From contig CAVXRD010000001.1 of NCBI GenBank assembly GCA_963764165.1, positions 960,001 through 1,024,000 on the forward strand: a stretch of 64,000 nt of DNA, read 5' to 3'. Positions 57,197-64,000 of this stretch are shown piece after piece (within the stretch, counting starts at the first letter, position 1; every line of letters begins with the position of its first letter). The stretch is from an uncultured Verrucomicrobiae bacterium (GTDB lineage Bacteria; Verrucomicrobiota; Verrucomicrobiia; Limisphaerales; Palsa-1400). The notes under the pieces were generated by a model, which was not told the DNA's origin, ran no database searches, and saw only the letters and a program-made list of their open reading frames with translations. The position numbers and the translations under genes were made by a program.

Positions 57197-57245
57197 TATG
57201 AACCTTTGGCCCCCTCGGGCCGGACCGATTGTTTCTCGAATGTGA

Positions 57246-58961
57246 TCACAGCAATTTGAAATGCTCCTCGGTTTGCGTGACGCGGATCACTTCCTCGATG
57301 GTTGTCTTGGCTGCCCGGACTTTTTTCCACCCGTCATGGCGCAAGGTCTTCATGCCGTTTTCCATCGCCTTGGCCGCAATGGCGGAAGAGGAGGCGCGGG
57401 TCAAAATCAGCGAGCGAATTTCCTCGTCCATGAACAGCAATTCGTAAATTCCCATTCGGCCTTGATAGCCGAATTGGCGGCACTCCTCGCAGCCGGCGCC
57501 CTTCCAAAATTTCGCGGTGTCGATCTCGCTCTCCGGGAACCCGACGCGCTTCAAATACTTCTTTTCCACATGCTGCTCGGCGACGCACTTGGGGCAAATG
57601 GTGCGAACGAGGCGCTGCGCCAGCACCGCTTCCACCGAGGACGCGACGAGAAACGGCTCAATGCCCATGTCAATCAAGCGCGTGAACGCGCTCGGCGCGT
57701 CATTGGTGTGAAGTGTGCTGAAAACCAAGTGGCCGGTCAGCGAGGCGCGAATGGCGATTTCCGCCGTCTCCATATCACGAATTTCCCCGACCATGATGAC
57801 GTTGGGGTCCTGCCGCAAAATGTGGCGCAATCCCATCGCGAAGGTCAGCCCGATGTCCGAGCGCACGGCGATTTGATTGATGCCCTTCAACTCGTATTCG
57901 ACCGGCTCCTCAATCGTGATGATACGCTTGGTGATCGAATTGATGGTGCTGAGAAACGCGTAAAGCGAAGTGGACTTGCCCGATCCGGTAGGCCCCGTGA
58001 CCAGCAAAATTCCGTGCGGCTTGACGATGATTTCGCGGATGCGCGCCTCTTCAACCGGATCGAAGCCCAGCTTCTCCATGCCGAGGAAGATTTTGCCGCG
58101 CGTCAGGAGCCGCAGCGAAACGCTTTCGCCGTAGACTGTCGGCACCGTTGAGACGCGGATGTCGATTTCCTCGCCCTTGATTCGAACATTGATGCGCCCA
58201 TCCTGCGGAAGGCGCTTTTCGGCAATGTTCATGCCGGACATGACCTTGATGCGCGAAATGAGCGACGCCTGATAGCGCTTCAACTGCGGCGGCATTGGTG
58301 TTTGATGCAGAATGCCGTCAATGCGGTAACGAATGCGCAACTCGTCCTCGGCAGGCTCGAAATGAATGTCCGTGGCGCGGTCCTTGAAAGCTTCCCAAAT
58401 GATCTGGTTGACGAACTTGATGACGCTGGCTTCCTGGTCGCCCTCCATGATTTCCTTGTCGCCCAGCTCCAGCTCCAGCGGTTCGTCTTCCTTGGCGATT
58501 TCGTCCAGCGTCTCGGCGCCGACACCGTAAAACTTCTTGAGCGACTTCTCAATTTCCGTCCGCGTAGTCAGGGCGAAATTGACGGGCACGCGGGCGTCGA
58601 ATTGCACGGCGCTGAGCATGGCGGCATCGAAAGGATTGCTGACGACGACCTGCAGTTTGCCTTCCTCGAACATGATCGGAAGGACGAAATATTGGAATGC
58701 GACCTTGGTGGAAATCTTCTTGCGGGCCTCGGGCGAGACGTCCGTTTTAGCCAGATCGATAAACGGCCAGTCCAGGGCTTTGGCCAGCGCTTGGAGAAAC
58801 GCCTCCTCGGTCATCCCCTTTTCGCGAGCAACAAATGCCAGCAGCGTGTCCTGCGACCCGCCCTCTACGGCGAGCTTCCACGCCTTAACCCAGTCTTGAA
58901 ACTGCTGGGGCGTCGCGAGATCGTGCTTTTCCAGCACCGTCTTAATTGAGCCTATAGCCAT
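57246..58961 (-). CDS. gspE: Type II secretion/T4P assembly ATPase (GspE/PulE)
   Basis: ATDIHFEP, RYRIDG, EKRLPQDGR, GPTGSGKST, LRQDPNVIMVGEIRD, TGHLVFSTLHTN, two CxxC motifs. Confidence 0.93.
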   Translation of the reverse strand: MAIGSIKTVLEKHDLATPQQFQDWVKAWKLAVEGGSQDTLLAFVAREKGMTEEAFLQALAKALDWPFIDLAKTDVSPEARKKISTKVAFQYFVLPIMFEEGKLQVVVSNPFDAAMLSAVQFDARVPVNFALTTRTEIEKSLKKFYGVGAETLDEIAKEDEPLELELGDKEIMEGDQEASVIKFVNQIIWEAFKDRATDIHFEPAEDELRIRYRIDGILHQTPMPPQLKRYQASLISRIKVMSGMNIAEKRLPQDGRINVRIKGEEIDIRVSTVPTVYGESVSLRLLTRGKIFLGMEKLGFDPVEEARIREIIVKPHGILLVTGPTGSGKSTSLYAFLSTINSITKRIITIEEPVEYELKGINQIAVRSDIGLTFAMGLRHILRQDPNVIMVGEIRDMETAEIAIRASLTGHLVFSTLHTNDAPSAFTRLIDMGIEPFLVASSVEAVLAQRLVRTICPKCVAEQHVEKKYLKRVGFPESEIDTAKFWKGAGCEECRQFGYQGRMGIYELLFMDEEIRSLILTRASSSAIAAKAMENGMKTLRHDGWKKVRAAKTTIEEVIRVTQTEEHFKLL

Positions 58962-59052
58962 GACTTAGTATTCCAGATATTGAACAAAGCACGATACAAA
59001 AAGTTTCGGTCAGGTCAAAGGTTTTGGAGGCCTATCTGGAAGGCGGGGAAGT

Positions 59053-59190
59053 GGCCACAGATGGACACAGATCAATCCAGATTGGGGATAGGGATTTGTG
59101 TTCCGAGCATTTGCGGGTTGCGTCAGCTTTGACCGCATCAACCCCGCCTCGTTTAATTCTTATCTGTGTTGATCTGTGTGAATCTGTGGC
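59053..59190. repeat. Palindromic repeat element (family D)
   Basis: GCCACAGATGGACACAGAT ... ATCTGTGTTGATCTGTGTGAATCTGTGGC. A near-identical half copy is at 52614-52641. Confidence 0.75.
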
Positions 59191-59274
59191 TTTCCCCTCC
59201 CCCCTGCCGACTTCGAGCCTTCCAAATCCGCAGTTGTGTTTCTGCGGTTTTCGGATTATCACGACCCCCACTAT

Positions 59275-60384
59275 ATGACCGATCCACGCTACGCAAAACT
59301 TGCCAATCTGCTTGTCGAGTATTCCACGGAATTGAAAAAAGGCGAACGAATCCTCCTTGATATGATCGATGTCCCGGACGAATTCACCGTCCAAATGATG
59401 CGCGCTGTGCGCAAAGTCGGGGCGGTTCCGGTGGTGGAAGTTCGGCATACGAGGATCAATCGCGAAATCCTCCGAGAAACGGGCGACGACCACGCCACGC
59501 TGGTGCGCGACATCGAATTGGCGCGGATGAAGAAAATGCAGGCGTATGTGGCTGTCCGCGGAGCTGATAACGCGAACGAATCCTCCGACGTGCCCCCGAA
59601 GCTGATGGCCCTTTACGCGCGGACGATCCGTCCCGTGCAGGATTATCGCATCGACAAAACGCGCTGGTGTGTCTTGCGCTGGCCCAGCCCCAGCATGGCC
59701 CAGGCGGCCAATATGAGCACCGAGGCCTTTGAAGATTTCTATTTCGATGTTTGCACGATGGATTATCCGAAAATGGCCAAGGCGATGATCCCCTTGCAAA
59801 AGCTGATGAATCGCACGGACCGCGTGCATCTAAAGTCGCCAGGCACGGATTTGCAATTCAGCATCAAAGGCATCGGCGCCCTGCTGGCCGAGGGAAAACG
59901 CAATATCCCCGACGGCGAAGTGTTCTCGTGCCCGGTCAAAAAGTCCGTCCAAGGCGTCATCCAATACAATACGCCCACCATTTATTCCGGCTCGAAATTT
60001 GAAAACGTTCGCCTCGAATTCAAGGATGGCAAAATCATCAACGCCACGTCCAACAACAATAAACGCCTCAACGAAATCCTCGATACGGATGACGGCGCGC
60101 GTTACGTGGGCGAATTCTCCCTGGGCTTCAATCCCTACATCCTGAGCCCGATGTGCGATATTCTATTTGACGAAAAAATCGCGGGCTCGCTGCACTTCAC
60201 GCCGGGCCAGGCCTACAAAGCGGCCGACAACGGCAATCGCTCGGCGGTGCATTGGGACATGGTGTTAATCCAGCGCCCCGATTGGGGCGGCGGCGAGGTA
60301 TGGTTCGACGGCGAACTGATCCGGAAAGACGGCATTTTCCTTCCGAAGGAATTGCGCGCGCTGAATCCGGAGAATTTGAAGTAA
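59275..60384 (+). CDS. Aminopeptidase, M29 family
   Basis: DPRYAKLANLLVEYS, RWCVLRWP, NIPDGEVF, GEFSLG, LFDEKIAGSLHFTPGQAY, SAVHWDMV. Confidence 0.92.
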   Translation: MTDPRYAKLANLLVEYSTELKKGERILLDMIDVPDEFTVQMMRAVRKVGAVPVVEVRHTRINREILRETGDDHATLVRDIELARMKKMQAYVAVRGADNANESSDVPPKLMALYARTIRPVQDYRIDKTRWCVLRWPSPSMAQAANMSTEAFEDFYFDVCTMDYPKMAKAMIPLQKLMNRTDRVHLKSPGTDLQFSIKGIGALLAEGKRNIPDGEVFSCPVKKSVQGVIQYNTPTIYSGSKFENVRLEFKDGKIINATSNNNKRLNEILDTDDGARYVGEFSLGFNPYILSPMCDILFDEKIAGSLHFTPGQAYKAADNGNRSAVHWDMVLIQRPDWGGGEVWFDGELIRKDGIFLPKELRALNPENLK

Positions 60385-60387
60385 ATC

Positions 60388-60687
60388 CCTCTCGGTAGGG
60401 CGAGACTCTGTCGAGCCCCGATTGGATTTTGAAGATTTTGCGAGGCAAAACGCCCCGCAAAATCGAAAAACGCTTTCAACAATCTATGGCCCGCAGCCGT
60501 TTACCATTGCAAAATGTTCATCATCCCTTGATGCGGCCAATCCTCTGGCTTTTCGACCGATCCTTTGCGCAGAGGATTCTCGCGAACATACACCCATTTT
60601 TCTGTGGAGGGTTTCCACGCGGGTGAACGCCCCGCACTAAAACAAAAACTTAATCAGGGCTCGACAGAGTCTCGCCCTACCGAGAGG
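60388..60687. repeat. Long REP doublet, family B, with 36-bp arms
   Basis: CCTCTCGGTAGGGCGAGACTCTGTCGAGCCCCGATT ... AATCAGGGCTCGACAGAGTCTCGCCCTACCGAGAGG. Confidence 0.88.
60501..60608 (-). pseudogene. C-terminal fragment of a REP-associated tyrosine transposase (RAYT)
   Basis: The minus strand translates STEKWVYVRENPLRKGSVEKPEDWPHQGMMNILQW*, matching the Y(I/V)xxNPx(R/K)xGLVxxPEDWP motif. It lies inside the REP pair. Confidence 0.75.
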
Positions 60688-60690
60688 ATT

Positions 60691-61566
60691 CTACCCCTTC
60701 AAAATCGCGAGAAACTGCTTCATCGCGGGCGACAAAACTTTGTTCTTTTTGTAAATCGCCGCCAGCGGACGGACGAGATCGACGCCGTCGATGCGGACTT
60801 CCGCCAGCGTCTGCTTGGCGACTTCCTGCGTGATCGTTCCCTGCGGAACCAGCGACACTCCCGCTTCGATTTCCACTGCGCGTTTCACCGTCTCGATATT
60901 GTCGAATTCCATCACCGTCGCCACTTCGACATTGTGGTCCTTGAGAACTTTGTCGATGGCTTTGCGGGTGGGAATATCCGGCTCGAAGCTGATGAATTTC
61001 TGCCCGGCCAATGCGGCGAGCTTCACCGATTTATGCTTCGCCAGCGGATGCCCCGGATGGCAGATCAATACCAGCGAATCCTTGCGCAGCGGCACCAATT
61101 CGATTTTCGGATCACGCGACGGATACGCCACCAAGCCGAGATCCACCACGTTGCTCAGCACGTCTTCGTAAACCTGGTTGGCGCGGCGGTATTCAAGGTG
61201 AACATTGACCGTCGGGTAGCTCTTGAGAAATTTTTTCAAGTAAGGCGGCAGATCGTGCAGCCCGATGCTGTAAATCGTGGCCACGCGAATCGTCCCGGAA
61301 ATAATATCCTTAATTTCCTGCAACCGGTTGTGCAGCGAATCGTGGGTCTGGATGATCTGCTTGCTGTACTCGTAAAGCACCTGCCCCTCGCGAGTGAGGC
61401 GGAATTTTTTCTTGCTCCGTTCAATCAACAAGGACTTGAACTGCCGCTCCAGCGAACTGATTTGCTGGCTGACGGCGGACTGCGTGACATTATTGATTTG
61501 CGCGGCCCGGGTGAAACTTTCAGTTTCGGCCAGGTCGCAAAATACTTTCAAACTTTCAATCTGCAT
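60691..61566 (-). CDS. LysR-family transcriptional regulator
   Basis: ESFTRAAQINNVTQSAVSQQISSLE, LTREGQ, MEFDNIETVKRAVEIEAGVSLVP. Confidence 0.93.
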   Translation of the reverse strand: MQIESLKVFCDLAETESFTRAAQINNVTQSAVSQQISSLERQFKSLLIERSKKKFRLTREGQVLYEYSKQIIQTHDSLHNRLQEIKDIISGTIRVATIYSIGLHDLPPYLKKFLKSYPTVNVHLEYRRANQVYEDVLSNVVDLGLVAYPSRDPKIELVPLRKDSLVLICHPGHPLAKHKSVKLAALAGQKFISFEPDIPTRKAIDKVLKDHNVEVATVMEFDNIETVKRAVEIEAGVSLVPQGTITQEVAKQTLAEVRIDGVDLVRPLAAIYKKNKVLSPAMKQFLAILKG

Positions 61567-61758
61567 CGCCCAATTAAAGGCTGGTGACAGAATAATGTCA
61601 ACTTATGATAACGCACTTTCTGTGGTGTCGATTAGAAATAACTGACTCAAGCGCTCGCGTCGGCGGCTTGGCGCGCGCGGGCACGGGAGAAAGCGCCGGC
61701 GGCTGTGCGGCCATGCCGGACTGCCCGCATTTCCTAAACGCGAATCCCCCTCGCTCAG

Positions 61759-62598
61759 TCAAACAGCGGCTGAGACTGGCGGCGTTTCCCAGGCGATCAT
61801 GGCCCGCTTGCGCTCCGTTCCCCAACGGTATCCGCCGAGCGCTCCGGTCTGGCGGATGACGCGATGGCACGGAATAAGCCACGCTAACTCATTGCTCCCA
61901 ACGGCGGTTCCGACCGCGCGGCAAGCTCGCGGGGAATCGATCATGGTGGCCAATTGTCCGTAAGTGGTCAAGCGCCCGGTTGGAATTTGCAGCAGCGCGC
62001 GCCACACCTTCAGTTGAAATTCCGTGCCCTTCACAAAAAGTGTCAGCGGCCGCTGCGTCGCACCGCTTTTCGCGCGCACAAAAACTCCCGCGGCAGACGC
62101 CCGCGCCGCGGCATCATCGCGCTTCCATTTTGCCTTGGGCCACAGCCCGCGCAATTCCTCCAGCGCGCGCGTCCGATTGCTGTCAACAAACGAAAGATGG
62201 CAAAGCCCGCGAGGGCCCATCGCCAGCAGACAATCGCCAAACGGGCTCTCCACAAACCCCATCGAAATCGTCCAGCGTTCCCCGCCGGATTTGATTTCCC
62301 CCGGAGTAGCCGCCTCGACCCGCAAACAAAGATCATGCAGCCGCCCCGGCCCCGACAAGCCGGACTCCAGAGAGGCGTCAAGAATACTTTCACCGCGCCG
62401 CAGCAATTCCTGGGCGCGCGAGAACGTCAGCCATTGCAGAAAATTCTTCGGCGTCACGCCCGCCCACGAAGAAAAGAGCCGGTGAAAATGAAACAGGCTC
62501 AACCCCGCCTCCCCGGCAAGAACCGACAATTCCGGCTGTTCAGACTGGTGGGCATCCACATAGCGAATAACGCGGGCAACCCGCTCGTAATCGTTCAT
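61759..62598 (-). CDS. AraC-HTH + O6-methylguanine-DNA methyltransferase (Ada-like, lacking the N-terminal Zn domain)
   Basis: GLSLFHFHRLFSSWAGVTPK, GTEFQLKVWRALLQIP, RAVGTAVG, IPCHRVI. Confidence 0.9.
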   Translation of the reverse strand: MNDYERVARVIRYVDAHQSEQPELSVLAGEAGLSLFHFHRLFSSWAGVTPKNFLQWLTFSRAQELLRRGESILDASLESGLSGPGRLHDLCLRVEAATPGEIKSGGERWTISMGFVESPFGDCLLAMGPRGLCHLSFVDSNRTRALEELRGLWPKAKWKRDDAAARASAAGVFVRAKSGATQRPLTLFVKGTEFQLKVWRALLQIPTGRLTTYGQLATMIDSPRACRAVGTAVGSNELAWLIPCHRVIRQTGALGGYRWGTERKRAMIAWETPPVSAAV

Positions 62599-62825
62599 GC
62601 GCTTAATTTGCCAACGGAAGCCCAAGTTTCCCACCCGATTCTTGCCGTGATTTGGCGCGAGATTCGCGGGATGCGTGCAAAATGGAATTGCATCGCAGGC
62701 AGAGGGCTTGCGGCAGCAGCATATCCAGAAGTGATAGTTTAACGACATGAGCGTGGCGGAAATTAGGTCCAGCTCTGATTTGCAAAATCTTGCCTGAGAC
62801 GGACGGATTTGTTAAAATACCTGCC

Positions 62826-63254
62826 ATGGAGGATTTTACGTTCCAATATCAACACAGGGTGGTCTACGCGGAATGCACGGTGGGCAACCACGTTTATTAC
62901 GCGCGCTACCTCGATATGCTCGAGGAGGCGCGCGGCGAATTGTTCCGCAAGGCGGGCTCGCCGCTGCTTGCGTTGCAGGAGGGCGGCATGGCGTTTCCCG
63001 TCATCGGCGCGGAAATCGCCTACAAGGGGCCGGCCCGCTACGACGATTTGCTCACGATCGAAGTCTGGATCGCTGAAATGCGCGGGATTCGCCTCAACTT
63101 TGGCTTTCGCATTCTCAATGCCGGCGGCTCCCTTTTGGCCGACGGCGTGACGCGGCATGTCTGCGCCAGCATCGATGAGAAACCCAAGCGCATGCCGCCC
63201 GAATTGGCCGAGCGCCTGGCGCCATTTGTTCGAACAAATCCGACTGTCAATTAG
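62826..63254 (+). CDS. Acyl-CoA thioesterase (YbgC/4HBT family)
   Basis: RVVYAEC..NHVYYARYL..LEEAR, YKGPARYDD. Confidence 0.88.
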   Translation: MEDFTFQYQHRVVYAECTVGNHVYYARYLDMLEEARGELFRKAGSPLLALQEGGMAFPVIGAEIAYKGPARYDDLLTIEVWIAEMRGIRLNFGFRILNAGGSLLADGVTRHVCASIDEKPKRMPPELAERLAPFVRTNPTVN

Positions 63255-63282
63255 ACTTGGATTCGGAGTAAGTTAAAAAATT

Positions 63283-63582
63283 ATGTTTTCACACGTTGTA
63301 ATTTTTTGGACTGATCCCGCCAATCCCAACGCCGCCGATGAGCTTCTCGCGGGCGCGGAAAAATATTTGCGCCCCATTCCGGGTGTCTTGAGCTTTCACG
63401 TGGGCAAAATGGCCACCAGCCATCGCCCGGTCGTGGACCAGACCTATCAAGTTGCGCTGAACATTGTATTCCCCGACAAGAAGGCGCAGGACGATTACCA
63501 GGTGCATCCGATGCACATCGACTTCGTCAACAATGTTTTCAAGAAGACCTGCCAGCGCGTCGTCGTTTACGACTTCGAATAG
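63283..63582 (+). CDS. Dabb family (stress-responsive A/B barrel) protein
   Basis: HVVIFW, IPGV, YQVHPMH, VYDF. Confidence 0.88.
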   Translation: MFSHVVIFWTDPANPNAADELLAGAEKYLRPIPGVLSFHVGKMATSHRPVVDQTYQVALNIVFPDKKAQDDYQVHPMHIDFVNNVFKKTCQRVVVYDFE

Positions 63583-64000
63583 TGCCGCGGGTGGAACTTC
63601 TGGTGGATGTCGCGCAGGCGGTTGGTGGTGACGTGGGTGTAGACTTCGGTCGTGCTGATGCTGGCGTGGCCGAGCAATTCCTGGATCACGCGCAAGTCGG
63701 CCCCGTTTTCCAGAAGATGCGTCGCAAAGCTGTGGCGCAAGCCGTGCGGAGTCACGTTGCGCCCGATATTGGCGAGGCGAACCCTGCGCTTGACACGCGC
63801 CCACATCGTCGTGGCGGCGAACGGCCTGCCCCGGTTGTTCAGAAACAGGTTCGCGGGGCTCTTGGCGCCCACTAATTTCGGCCGGCCGGAGCCAAGATAA
63901 CGATGGATGGCTTCCACCGCTTTTCCGCCGACGGGCACGATGCGCTCCTTGTTGCCTTTGCCGATGACGGTGAGAAATCCCGCCTCGAGGTTCAGTTGTT
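63567..64000 (-). CDS. xerD: Xer-type tyrosine recombinase, C-terminal part (5'-truncated)
   Basis: [55 protein letters not shown]...FHPR. XerC versus XerD is not certain. Confidence 0.85.
   Translation of the reverse strand, partial: QLNLEAGFLTVIGKGNKERIVPVGGKAVEAIHRYLGSGRPKLVGAKSPANLFLNNRGRPFAATTMWARVKRRVRLANIGRNVTPHGLRHSFATHLLENGADLRVIQELLGHASISTTEVYTHVTTNRLRDIHQKFHPRHYSKS

Noticed and set aside
61650..61750. GC-rich stretch resembling a cobalamin riboswitch
   Set aside because: The conserved core motifs are incomplete and the orientation does not fit a downstream gene.
63567..64000. Tyrosine recombinase as a prophage or island integrase
   Set aside because: The motifs are those of housekeeping XerC/D, and there are no mobile-element neighbours.

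Overview
Bacterial chromosomal window, probably from Verrucomicrobiota of the Pedosphaera/Limisphaera type. That placement is an inference from the gene repertoire and protein style. The left ~14 kb is the 3' part of a giant (>4600 aa) modular surface protein that ends next to the 3' end of tRNA-Pro(GGG). Next come an RNA-repair operon with an extra translationally coupled HEAT-repeat gene (hen1-HEAT-pnkp), a fused double DUF3857/transglutaminase gene, two decayed toxin-antitoxin loci, a prepilin/secreted-protein pair and two-component genes. Housekeeping genes follow: ilvB with a leader-peptide attenuator, trpC, prfB with its programmed frameshift, kdsD, purD, part of a type II secretion cluster, an M29 aminopeptidase, a LysR regulator, ada/ogt and a partial Xer recombinase. 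There is also a serpin. Intergenic DNA is rich in several REP-like palindrome families. The most notable observations are: (1) an IS1182 element and a 140-bp MITE with the same 16-bp ends, both inserted at the same base of the loop of one REP family; (2) the HEAT gene inside the Hen1/Pnkp operon; (3) a promoter + boxA + phased-repeat non-coding element upstream of kdsD; (4) a RAYT transposase remnant enclosed by a REP pair; (5) NHL propellers nested inside MBG domains, and a C-terminal domain shared by two unrelated secreted proteins. Several isolated frameshifts may be assembly errors. All family calls come from motif recognition by eye; no searches were run.
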